From: Minisyncoccota bacterium
GTDB lineage: Bacteria > Patescibacteriota > Minisyncoccia > Phycocordibacterales > Phycocordibacteraceae
DNA: 64,000 bases
Direction of reading: 5' to 3'
Assembly (NCBI GenBank): GCA_035548315.1
Contig: DASZTF010000148.1
Location: forward strand, 21,292-85,291
Shown: piece by piece, positions 9,801 to 19,605 of the stretch
How the letters are laid out: every line of letters begins with the position of its first letter
Position numbering within the stretch: the first letter of the stretch is position 1
Notes under the pieces: generated by a model
Told to the model about the DNA's origin: nothing
Seen by the model: only the letters and a program-made list of their open reading frames with translations
Databases searched by the model: none
Program-made: the position numbers and the translations under genes

Positions 9801-9902
9801 ATCAGCACGTGCGACTGCGCTCTGCATGAACGTCGCCATGCACATCAACAGAAGCGCGATGAAGCTACATAGGGAGAATCGTGAGACTGCGAGGCTGCTC
9901 AT
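6864..9902 (-). CDS. Large surface protein: Ig/FN3-like domains, GLUG-repeat region, nidogen-like region, C-terminal peptidoglycan-binding domain
   Basis: Signal peptide; GDGSSENPYVI, GPFTGDFDGAGHTI and GGLVG/GGIAG repeats; LPFTFTFYGQTYDRVYVDSNG; GADVTALQQFL...GYFGAQTRAALAAYQ...GYYGPLTRA. Confidence 0.85.
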   Translation of the reverse strand: MSSLAVSRFSLCSFIALLLMCMATFMQSAVARADTPNNPPTMDWNDEPTQDSPTASTVSPNVHINDTESDPVSIAVEYSLDGGSTWTNAGHLSGAAFPISGNTITNIPTYGDGVNNRDNVPFYWDFTDDAPQASTTNAELRITVQDAYATGSVIVSDPFTLKAPPAPPVFADDSGAVSDITENSVIVHYDMASVGSSPLHHFELHYADDAYYTAHGDYAQNTPVTYTASFADSGATDVTGLACATTYHFVQSFTNEDGETATSSDATFTTSDCTGGGGGGDYTFASGDGSSENPYVIDSCEDLVGVNSYLTSDYVLDTDLDCSAAGNFIMIGSGDFSGPFTGDFDGAGHTITIDVENEGESANGLFRFTYGATIHDLAISADSLIVGDDLTGSIVGVAADTTLIRVSSGATVVSVNPSGANYPFAGTGGLVGGLYGGEVDGSEFDGTAISPFIVGGIAGFAFNDLDSGPGALISRSSTNAHISGAFGAGGIAGFVDGGARIRNSYSTGITEYNADLPSMEYGAFGGVAGLVVDGLISRSYAAGTVNAGDHSEAYASGGLVGTMESNDGAVLHSFSTAAVTTGGAPIGGFVGYIDSDNPPSQLYDNYFDTVQSGLSDCNAPGDDFGDVCIGVDGSADGYWLGTDGTPIASWNSSVVWDLSGNDAPLPLLRTYEGPEPDESDDFTTPSRSNGESPVETILDVNHYHGGGTAQGWNADDDHWEYDLPFTFTFYGQTYDRVYVDSNGYLAFSDGGNIDEYNVSVADGIGVPVIFAYGNDLLTNENEGDDIYVTDNGDGQVIFRWQATDIENGDSIADFEIVLKNDNTFEINYGPQTAPINDATAVGVNDGAGSYVASAYDGRTDFDELNTSSWSPPSADEVTPTVIPHKGPARVSHRGSSSTLGFSNVFSPPSGVAGLQSKLSELMAQYQALVAQVGTHPTAGALPTRDITLGAQGADVTALQQFLIAHGFTIPAGATGYFGAQTRAALAAYQKARGIAPAAGYYGPLTRASMSTH

Positions 9903-9922
9903 GAAAAAGATCGATTATCTTG

Positions 9923-9993
9923 TTGCGGGGGCCGGAATCGAACCGGCGTCTGGAGGTTATGAGCCTCCCGAGGTACCTCTCCTCTACCCCGCT
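9923..9993 (-). tRNA. tRNA-fMet (CAU), initiator-type, no encoded CCA
   Basis: Cloverleaf AGCGGGG-TA-GAGG-AGAGGTA-CCTC-G-GGAGG-CTCATAA-CCTCC-AGAC-GCCGG-TTCGATT-CCGGC-CCCCGCA-A; the 1:72 mismatch and A11:U24 are initiator features. Confidence 0.85.
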
Positions 9994-10047
9994 ATCTTGC
10001 GCACCAATAGCCGTATTATACCGCTAAATCTGATTTGAGCAAAGCTG

Positions 10048-10629
10048 CTAAATAGCGTGGAATTCCTCGAAGACGTTCTTGTATTTGGCGATCGTGCGGT
10101 ACGCAAGCTGGCCCGTAAGCGGGAACTGTGATCCCAGGTGCGCGATGTCGTTACGCACCTTGTGCGCGTCCCACGCATCTTGGAGCGTATGGAATTTACT
10201 CGGGTCTGCCATCTTGAGCTTCTCCCCCACCGACGCACCCTGGTACCCGTGCGTGCCGAGAATGTCATCGAGCATGATGTCTGCCTCGATGATCGCCTGG
10301 CGCCAATCGCTCTCCTGCGCGCTCTCCACGAGCGATGCTACATGCAGCCACCGAGAGTTCTCGACTTCCGTCTCTGCCTCCTGCGCACTGAAGGTCTCGA
10401 AGTAGTGGTGTTCTTCGTGCTTGGTCTGATTGAGCCGAATGGTGGAGTAGGTCATCATGCCGAGAAGGAAAAAGGTCACCAGAATACTCACCGCCGTTAC
10501 CACGCTCCAGAAAGATACGAGGAACGCGCCGAATCCGCTCGAGGATCCGCCTATGGCGAGGTCAAGAATGGCGCCAAAAAAGAGCGCCCCGATATTAGGT
10601 ACGGCGACCGTCGTCGCAGCTGACTGCAT
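10048..10629 (-). CDS. Membrane-anchored protein with C-terminal HEPN/DUF4145-like domain
   Basis: N-terminal TM segment(s); helical C-domain WRQAIIEADIML...AHKVRNDIAH containing Rx4H. Confidence 0.7.
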   Translation of the reverse strand: MQSAATTVAVPNIGALFFGAILDLAIGGSSSGFGAFLVSFWSVVTAVSILVTFFLLGMMTYSTIRLNQTKHEEHHYFETFSAQEAETEVENSRWLHVASLVESAQESDWRQAIIEADIMLDDILGTHGYQGASVGEKLKMADPSKFHTLQDAWDAHKVRNDIAHLGSQFPLTGQLAYRTIAKYKNVFEEFHAI

Positions 10630-10636
10630 CCCTCAA

Positions 10637-12058
10637 TTATAGCGTCTCTCCGGTGACGGCGGCGCCGATTTTGAACAGGGTTTCTTCATCTCCCTGAGGA
10701 GTCGTAAAGTGGATCGCCACGGGGAGCTGCTTCCCTTCCCGCTCCACCGTACCCATCGGCACTGAAAGCGCTGGGGTGCCGATGTGATTGGCGGGCACGG
10801 TAAAGACGTCCTCGAGATACATAGCGACGGGGTCGGTCTTCGCGCCCAATTTGAACGCAGGTCCCGGCGTCGTGGGCGTCGCGATCACGTCTACTTTTTC
10901 AAACGCGACATCGAACTCCTCCTTCATGAGTTCTCGTGCGCGCTGCGCTTTGCGGTAGTACGCGTCGATGTACCCCGACGAAAGCACAAAGGTGCCTATC
11001 AGGATGCGCCGCTTCGGCTCGTCACCGAACCCATGGGAACGACTGAGGAGATAGTCATCAAGAAGCGTCTTACCGCGCTCGGCGAGCCCGTAGCGCATGC
11101 CATCGAAGCGTGCGAGGTTCGCCGACGCTTCCGCCGGAAGGATGATGTAGTAAATCGGCACGGCGTATTTGGTCATGGGAAGCGAGACTTCGCACACCTC
11201 GTGCCCGGCTTTCTTCAGGTCCTCGAGGGTCGCGTCAAAGCGCGCGCGGACCTCGGGGTCGACCTCGCCGAGGAGATCGGTGGGTACGCCAATGCGGAGC
11301 GTCTTTTTCTCCGGACGCGGCGGGAAGAAGTCATCCGGATTGGTAGTGGGGTCCATCGGGTCGTGGCCGCGCACAGCTTCGAACATCGCTTTAGTGTCAG
11401 CAACCGATTTATTCATCGAACCAATTTGGTCGAGCGAGGAACCGAGCGCGATGATGCCGTGGCGCGAGATCGCGCCGTACGTGGGCTTGAATCCGATGAC
11501 GCCGCAGTACGCTGCAGGCTGGCGGCACGATCCGGCGGTGTCGGTGCCATACGTGCCCAGTCCGAGATGCGCTGCAGTCGCCGCGGCCGAACCGCCCGAA
11601 GAACCTCCCGGCACGCGCGTGGTGTCGTGCGGGTTCTTCACGGGACCAAACGCCGAGTGCTCGGTCGATGCACCCATTGCGAACTCATCGAGGTTGGTAC
11701 GGCCAAGAAAAAGCGCTCCTGCCTCTTTGAGCTTCGTGATCGCAGTCGCATCGTATGTGGCGACGTGATTCTCCAAAATTTTAGACGCAGCACTCGCAAT
11801 TTTCCCCTCGATCAAAATGTTGTCCTTGATGCCAAGCGGGATGCCGCAGAGCATCGGTGCGTCACCACTATCGATACGCTTTTGTGCAGCATCGATCGCA
11901 GCGTCATCAGCATCGAAGAGTTCGAGGTAGGCATTCAATTCCGGATTCTTCTCCTGCGCCGCTTTCATGCAGGCGTCCCAAAGCTCACGCACGGTGAATT
12001 CTTTTGCGCGCAGACTCTTCGCCGCCTCGGTAATGGTGAGTTCGTTTAGTTTAGTCAT
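10637..12058 (-). CDS. gatA: Glu/Asp-tRNA amidotransferase subunit A
   Basis: IKDNI, RVPGGSSGGSAAA, GTDTAGSCRQPA, NLARFDGMRYG. Confidence 0.97.
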   Translation of the reverse strand: MTKLNELTITEAAKSLRAKEFTVRELWDACMKAAQEKNPELNAYLELFDADDAAIDAAQKRIDSGDAPMLCGIPLGIKDNILIEGKIASAASKILENHVATYDATAITKLKEAGALFLGRTNLDEFAMGASTEHSAFGPVKNPHDTTRVPGGSSGGSAAATAAHLGLGTYGTDTAGSCRQPAAYCGVIGFKPTYGAISRHGIIALGSSLDQIGSMNKSVADTKAMFEAVRGHDPMDPTTNPDDFFPPRPEKKTLRIGVPTDLLGEVDPEVRARFDATLEDLKKAGHEVCEVSLPMTKYAVPIYYIILPAEASANLARFDGMRYGLAERGKTLLDDYLLSRSHGFGDEPKRRILIGTFVLSSGYIDAYYRKAQRARELMKEEFDVAFEKVDVIATPTTPGPAFKLGAKTDPVAMYLEDVFTVPANHIGTPALSVPMGTVEREGKQLPVAIHFTTPQGDEETLFKIGAAVTGETL

Positions 12059-12344
12059 GGGAGATGATCTGCTTCACCTTGAGATAGTCGCCCTCTTTCT
12101 CCGGGAACTGGGCGACGAGCTTCTCGGTGTAGAGGCCCTTCTCATGGGGCTCGCCGTCCTCGCGCATGACATTCCGCAGCGCCGGCGGCGCCTTCGCGGC
12201 CTTCACATCTATATTGAGCGACTCGAGCTGTCCCACATAGGCGAGGATGGAGTCGAACTCCTTGGTGAAGCGCTCGAGGTCCGCGTCATCCACCTGGATG
12301 CGCGCGAGCGCCGCGAGCTTCTTCACGTCTTCCGCTGATGCCAT
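12051..12344 (-). CDS. gatC: Glu/Asp-tRNA amidotransferase subunit C
   Basis: VKKLAALARI...NVMRED...YLKVKQI; overlaps the gatA start. Confidence 0.95.
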   Translation of the reverse strand: MASAEDVKKLAALARIQVDDADLERFTKEFDSILAYVGQLESLNIDVKAAKAPPALRNVMREDGEPHEKGLYTEKLVAQFPEKEGDYLKVKQIISHD

Positions 12345-12356
12345 ACGGGCACTCTA

Positions 12357-14387
<2,031 letters not shown>

Positions 14388-14894
14388 CTAGCTGCCGTAC
14401 GAGGCCTTGATACCACGCTCGAGTGCACGCGGGTTCGCCGTATCAGTGCAGGCGACGTTCAGCCCTTCGGCATAGATGGAGGTGTTGTTGCTCGCGTCTT
14501 TATACACGCGCAAGCGCGCACAGCGCGACCCAGTCCCATCCGTGTTCACCGGGAACCAATCGGAGTAATACTCCGTCGCGCCATTGTAGCGGGTCGCTTG
14601 GAACGTCACCGTGTTGGTGCGCTCACACCGTATCGATGTACCGAACGGAATACCACTCTGATACTTAAAGCTGAGATTGCCTTTGTCTCCCTGGAGCGCA
14701 CATTCGAGGGCGGAGTCTGCAGCGTAAAATGCAAACTGCGACTGACTCGCGTCTGAGGCAAGCACGAGGTTTTTATAGGCGAGACTCGAAAGTGCGAAGG
14801 TGATGACCGCAGCAACACTTGAGAGCACGATGGCCACGAGGAGCGCGAATCCTCGCTGTGGCTTCCTGCGGATGATGCGTTTAGAACCAGTCAT
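14388..14894 (-). CDS. PilX/GspK-like minor pilin
   Basis: RGFALLVAIV (no Glu5), then AFYAADSALECA. Confidence 0.8.
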   Translation of the reverse strand: MTGSKRIIRRKPQRGFALLVAIVLSSVAAVITFALSSLAYKNLVLASDASQSQFAFYAADSALECALQGDKGNLSFKYQSGIPFGTSIRCERTNTVTFQATRYNGATEYYSDWFPVNTDGTGSRCARLRVYKDASNNTSIYAEGLNVACTDTANPRALERGIKASYGS

Positions 14895-15447
14895 AGAGGT
14901 TCTCAGTAAGGGTAAGAGTCTGTGTACCGTGATCGACCCACGTCACCTGTACGGTTACCGTCTCGAAACTGCCTTCGCTGCCATTCGACTTTTGCGTGAA
15001 CGTGAATCCGCGGCGGAAAATGGTCTGGGTGTTGCTCCCCGCGGTGAGCGTGTAGAGTCCCTGGCTCGTTACGTAGAGCGGATCGCACTGCCCCACGCTG
15101 CCCCCAGGGCACGCCTTCACCGACGAATCGACCGCAACGGTCGCATCGAGTTCGCAGAGGTTATTGCCGTTACAGGTATTGGTACCAAACCGGTTCGACG
15201 CAGTTCCATCGATGCCCTCGAAAAGATCGCTGCGGCTGTTAAGGTAATTACTCGTGCGAATGAACCGCACGTATTCGAGACCTTCCTGCGCAAGCGCCGA
15301 TGCGATGAGATTATCCTTCGCGAGCCGCGATGCATTCGCAACGCGCTGGATCGCATCGAATGGGGCGAGGATGGCCAGCGTGACCACCGTGATCGCGACC
15401 AGAGTCTCGACGAGGGTGAATGCCCGATGGCGGGGTGCGTATCTCAT
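14881..15447 (-). CDS. PilV-like minor pilin
   Basis: RAFTLVETLVA...ALAQEGLEYVR...VTVQVTW. Confidence 0.85.
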   Translation of the reverse strand: MRYAPRHRAFTLVETLVAITVVTLAILAPFDAIQRVANASRLAKDNLIASALAQEGLEYVRFIRTSNYLNSRSDLFEGIDGTASNRFGTNTCNGNNLCELDATVAVDSSVKACPGGSVGQCDPLYVTSQGLYTLTAGSNTQTIFRRGFTFTQKSNGSEGSFETVTVQVTWVDHGTQTLTLTENLYDWF

Positions 15448-16031
15448 GAGTGTGGTAGTTGCGGCAGGCGCTGCGTTGCTGTGGTCTCGACCTGAAACGG
15501 CACCTTCGTCTGGGAGCTCCCGGTATTGGGAATGAGGGCGTATCCGTTGATCGCGATCACGACCACCGGCTGATAATTATTACCCGACCCGCGCGAAAAG
15601 AGACGTAGGTTCGAGATTGCGACGGTCGGTGCATCGGTAATCGCACTCGCAGTGGTCACCTCTTCTGCGGGGCACGTGCCCGCGCTGTTCTGGCTCGCCG
15701 AACGGTTGATGACGTTGATCGTGGCATCAAAGGAGTACGCCGCGAGCTGGTACGTCACGATGCAGCCGTCCGCATTGGTGAACGTAATCACATTCGAGGC
15801 GATCTGGTAGTTCGTGCCCGAACGTATTTCACGAGTCATACTATCGATCGAATACGCGACGGAGTTCATGACGCTCGCGGTTGCTTGCGCCTGGCGATTG
15901 TAGGCGATGAATGAGAGGTACGCTGCCGTGGCGATCACCATAACCAGCGCGAAAATGGTCATGGAAACCATGAGTTCGATGAGTGTGTAGCCGCGGGGTG
16001 CACGACGATGAATCGTTAGGTGCTTGGACAT
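15444..16031 (-). CDS. PilW-like minor pilin
   Basis: RGYTLIELMVS...MTREIRSG. Confidence 0.85.
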   Translation of the reverse strand: MSKHLTIHRRAPRGYTLIELMVSMTIFALVMVIATAAYLSFIAYNRQAQATASVMNSVAYSIDSMTREIRSGTNYQIASNVITFTNADGCIVTYQLAAYSFDATINVINRSASQNSAGTCPAEEVTTASAITDAPTVAISNLRLFSRGSGNNYQPVVVIAINGYALIPNTGSSQTKVPFQVETTATQRLPQLPHS

Positions 16032-16711
16032 AGTTTTCCTGGGTCAGCGGTAGTTTGATTACCTGCGAGGATTTCACCATTCGCGGAAACACTCACATAG
16101 CGTGTCTCTTTGTTTTGCGAATAGAGTTCGATGCAGGCGAAAGTATACGTGGTGATCCAGCTCTGGTTCGAATTCTTTGCCGCGATGGTCACCCGGGCAT
16201 TCGGGCGGCTGAAGGTAATGGCGAGCTTTTGGAGATTGCCCGTGGTGCACGAAGTCTGCGGACCGCTCACGCAAAATGCGTGGATCGTAAAGCCGTTATT
16301 GAGCGCATAGGTCTGCACCGTCGTGTCGTTTGACGAGTACTTGTGATCACCCAACTGGCAATCGGGTTTACTATCGCTGTCGCAGTTGTCTGGGTCGGTA
16401 TCTCCGAACATCACGAAGCTCGCGGGCCATCCGGTGTCGAACGCGACACCGTACGGGATGTTGGTGCCCACATTGAGACCGACACCATTAATGATGTTTG
16501 AAATACCATACGATTCCGCTTGACGAATAGTGAGTCCGATGTCGTACGCCATGTTATTAAGCGCTTCGGTGCGATTGAAGCCAGACTGTCCGGCAAGCGC
16601 GATAGCCGTCACAATGATAATGATCGCGAGCACCACGAGCATCTCGATAAGGGTGAACCCGCCCGGGTGGCGCGTTCCTCTTAGAACCCGAAGATGGGAA
16701 ATGGATTCCAT
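16016..16711 (-). CDS. FimU/FimT-like minor pilin
   Basis: GGFTLIEMLVVLAII...IRQAESY. Confidence 0.85.
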   Translation of the reverse strand: MESISHLRVLRGTRHPGGFTLIEMLVVLAIIIIVTAIALAGQSGFNRTEALNNMAYDIGLTIRQAESYGISNIINGVGLNVGTNIPYGVAFDTGWPASFVMFGDTDPDNCDSDSKPDCQLGDHKYSSNDTTVQTYALNNGFTIHAFCVSGPQTSCTTGNLQKLAITFSRPNARVTIAAKNSNQSWITTYTFACIELYSQNKETRYVSVSANGEILAGNQTTADPGKLCPST

Positions 16712-17439
16712 TGGGTAAAGTAGGCGAGCAAGAAACCGAGTGCCAGAAACGGCACGAGCGGCACCTCAATCCCCATTCTATGCCCCTTGGGACGCCCCCA
16801 CAACATGATTATCCCGACACCGGCGCCGATCCAGAAGGAGAAGGCGAGGCCCGCGAGCGCTGCTGAGCCGGTAAGAAGCGCGAGCCCGAAGGCGACCGGC
16901 GTATCGCCGAGCCCCATTGCCCTGCCCCCCGAGACGGCATAGAGCAGGAAGAAAAACAGTGCGATGCCCGCAGCAAGCGCAAGAGTCGTATAGAGCACAG
17001 CGACCGTGGTGAACGACAGACCAAGGTACGCCACGCCAAGAGCGATAAACCATGCTGAGAACGGGACGGGCACTACCATATGCCGGAGGTCATAGAACAC
17101 GATTGCGGTAAGCACCACAAGCGCAATCAAGAACGGCACGAGCGCGAAGGTAAGACCGAGGCGTGCATATGAAAAGACGAACGCGAGCCCGAGCAAAAGT
17201 TCCGCGAGTGCGTAGCTCCCTGGTATGCGCGCACGGCATGTACGGCACTTCCCTCCCGCAAGCACCCATGAAACGACAGGCACGAGGTCGAACATCGTGA
17301 GCACGCGTGCACAGGCGTCGCAACGTGACCGGCCCGAGTGCCACGCTTGTCCGGTGAAGGATCGTTCAGCCACCACGCCTGCAAACGACGCGAGGATGGC
17401 GCCGAGGATAAAAAATGCGACCGGAAGGATATCGATCAC
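16681..17439 (-). CDS. pilD: Prepilin peptidase (A24A)
   Basis: RSRCDAC...GKCRTC Zn motifs, YDLRHM and MGLGD catalytic Asp motifs; GTG start reassigned. Confidence 0.92.
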   Translation of the reverse strand: MIDILPVAFFILGAILASFAGVVAERSFTGQAWHSGRSRCDACARVLTMFDLVPVVSWVLAGGKCRTCRARIPGSYALAELLLGLAFVFSYARLGLTFALVPFLIALVVLTAIVFYDLRHMVVPVPFSAWFIALGVAYLGLSFTTVAVLYTTLALAAGIALFFFLLYAVSGGRAMGLGDTPVAFGLALLTGSAALAGLAFSFWIGAGVGIIMLWGRPKGHRMGIEVPLVPFLALGFLLAYFTQWNPFPIFGF

Positions 17440-17441
17440 GC

Positions 17442-17921
17442 TTATTGGCAAGTGTACCCGCTCGGCTTGCTCGAGAGCTCGACCGGACCGAGCAGTGTGG
17501 TGGTCGCGGTGGCGTCGGCGCAATACCAGTTGCCACTTGAAAGCTGCGCCATAATGACGAATTGCTGCTGTTTGGATCGGCACACTACTCCCCCGCTGCC
17601 ACCCTTTGCGTCCTGGCGCAAATTCGTGATCGCATTCCTGATCGGCGTGTCGACTGGCGACGCCGCGTCATAAAAGACGGTTGTGCTCGTGCCACCAGGA
17701 TCGTCACAGCTCGTATTCCCCGTCGTGAAATTCTGATACTGATTTGCGAGTCCGTAGTAGAGCACGGCCTGAGTCGCGATAGTACCGACCTCGCTTTTTA
17801 CTCCAGTATCATTCCCTCGGCTTTTAGCGCCCGAAAGCGATGAGAGCACGATCGCGGAAAGGAGACCAATGAGGAAGACTGTGACGAGAAGCTCGATGAG
17901 CGTGAATCCGCGCGGTCGCAT
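17442..17921 (-). CDS. Type IV pilin
   Basis: MRPRGFTLIELL; C-terminal WYCAD motif. Confidence 0.88.
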   Translation of the reverse strand: MRPRGFTLIELLVTVFLIGLLSAIVLSSLSGAKSRGNDTGVKSEVGTIATQAVLYYGLANQYQNFTTGNTSCDDPGGTSTTVFYDAASPVDTPIRNAITNLRQDAKGGSGGVVCRSKQQQFVIMAQLSSGNWYCADATATTTLLGPVELSSKPSGYTCQ

Positions 17922-17922
17922 G

Positions 17923-18456
17923 TTAGTTACACACGGTATTACCCGCTTGCGCTTTTGCCTTCCCGCCGCCACCGACGTCGTTATCGTTGAGGCGCTGATA
18001 CGACTGCCCCGGACTCGTGCGCATAGTTGTACCTGCCCAGCCGCTGCTATCGACACAATAGATATTCCCGGTAGGTAACTTCACCGCGATCGCCCACTGG
18101 GCAGGATGGGTCGTAGGAGGCGTCGTACCACAATCGATAAACCCGGTCGCCGTTCCACCTACATCCGCCAAAAGTGCGTTATAGATACCCTGCACATTGA
18201 TGTTATTTGCAGTTGACTGCCACATGACTCCCGGGCCCGTACACACCCCGCCCGAGGTGGCAGCACCGTAGTCGCCGTGCTGCGTGTAGTAGAGCTCCGC
18301 CGCATTCTGCATGCTTTTCATTTCAGCAAATGCCTTGGCGTCGTTGCCCTTCGATTTGGCACTTGAAAGCGCCGCAAGCACGATAGACGACAACAAGCCG
18401 ATAATAGCGATTACTACCAAAAGTTCTATAAGGGTGAACGCGCGAGGAGATCTCAT
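17923..18456 (-). CDS. Type IV pilin
   Basis: MRSPRAFTLIELLVVIAIIGLL; C-terminal YCVDSSG motif. Confidence 0.9.
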   Translation of the reverse strand: MRSPRAFTLIELLVVIAIIGLLSSIVLAALSSAKSKGNDAKAFAEMKSMQNAAELYYTQHGDYGAATSGGVCTGPGVMWQSTANNINVQGIYNALLADVGGTATGFIDCGTTPPTTHPAQWAIAVKLPTGNIYCVDSSGWAGTTMRTSPGQSYQRLNDNDVGGGGKAKAQAGNTVCN

Positions 18457-18484
18457 ATATCCAGTGTACCGCATATGAAGCGGC

Positions 18485-18892
18485 CTAGGCACGTTCCTGG
18501 GGATTTTCGCGCGGGCGGAAAATCAAACCGTACACGACGAAACTTGCCCCCGCTATCACTGCCTGGACCATTACTTGCGCAAGAAGATAGTATATGTGGA
18601 GGAAATCGACGAGTATATAGAGCAGCAGTGTGTTGAGCGCGAGTGTCACGAGATTCACCCCGAGAAACGATGCCGCTTGTGTATGCATCCGCGCTCCTGC
18701 CCCACTCTGAAAGACGAACCATTTCTGGAGCGTAAAGTTCACGCATACTCCCGCGATAAACCCGAGCACCGAACCGATGAGATAGGGCACCCCGAGGTGA
18801 CCGTGGAGTACGTAGAGCACCAGGAGCGTCGTGAGCGCAGCTACACCCCCTGAAATCACGAAGCGAAGACCACGTCCAAGAAGACCCGTCAT
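18485..18892 (-). CDS. GtrA-family lipid-linked sugar flippase
   Basis: LRFVISGG...VNFTLQKWFVF; 4 TM helices. Confidence 0.88.
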   Translation of the reverse strand: MTGLLGRGLRFVISGGVAALTTLLVLYVLHGHLGVPYLIGSVLGFIAGVCVNFTLQKWFVFQSGAGARMHTQAASFLGVNLVTLALNTLLLYILVDFLHIYYLLAQVMVQAVIAGASFVVYGLIFRPRENPQERA

Positions 18893-18897
18893 GGAAG

Positions 18898-18921
18898 GTG
18901 TGCGTAGTATACTACGCACAC
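18898..18921. promoter_or_regulatory. Perfect 24-bp palindrome centred on a bidirectional -10 element
   Basis: GTGTGCGTAGTATACTACGCACAC equals its own reverse complement and nearly fills the gap between the divergent starts at 18892 and 18922. Confidence 0.7.
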
Positions 18922-19605
18922 ATGTACCGAGGCAGGACGATATCGTTCTATTTCCCCTGCCGCAATGAAGCGAGCCACCTCAAAGACGAGGTCGCTCGAC
19001 TCCCTGCGTTTGTCGATGAAATCATTATCGTGAGCAACCGCTCGACCGATGGTACCGTCGCGGTCGCCCAGACCCTCCCCGTGCGCGTCATCGAAGATAA
19101 TCGAGAGAAAGGCGGGATTGGGTACGGGTACGCCCATATGACCGGACTCGCAAACGCGACCGGTGACATCATCGCCACGGCCGACGCCGACGGCACCTAC
19201 CCTGTCGATCAGCTCGCCGAGATGATTGATGCGCTTATCGATGGCGACGTAGACTTCCTCTCGTGCAATCGCTACCCACTTATGGATCCCAAAAGCACGA
19301 CGCCCCTACTGAAACTCGGTGTATGGATACTCAATACTGAAGTCGCGGTGCTCTACGGTCTTCCCATAAAAGACATTCTTTCGGGTATGTGGCTTGTGAC
19401 GCGGAAGGCGGCAACCTCACTCGCGCTCACCGAAGGCGATTGGAATCTGAGCCCGCAGATTAAGCTCAATGCAGCGCGCAATCCTGCAATCACCTTCCGT
19501 GAGCACCACATCACGCTCGGCCCGCGACGCGGCGAAACGAAGCAGCACTATTTCAAAACTGGATTCTCCCACCTTGTCTGGATTCTGAGAAATCGCTTCT
19601 CCTAG
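18922..19605 (+). CDS. GT2 polyprenol-phosphate glycosyltransferase (GtrB/DPM1-like)
   Basis: FPCRNE, STDGT, GYGYA and DADGTY DxD motif. Confidence 0.9.
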   Translation: MYRGRTISFYFPCRNEASHLKDEVARLPAFVDEIIIVSNRSTDGTVAVAQTLPVRVIEDNREKGGIGYGYAHMTGLANATGDIIATADADGTYPVDQLAEMIDALIDGDVDFLSCNRYPLMDPKSTTPLLKLGVWILNTEVAVLYGLPIKDILSGMWLVTRKAATSLALTEGDWNLSPQIKLNAARNPAITFREHHITLGPRRGETKQHYFKTGFSHLVWILRNRFS

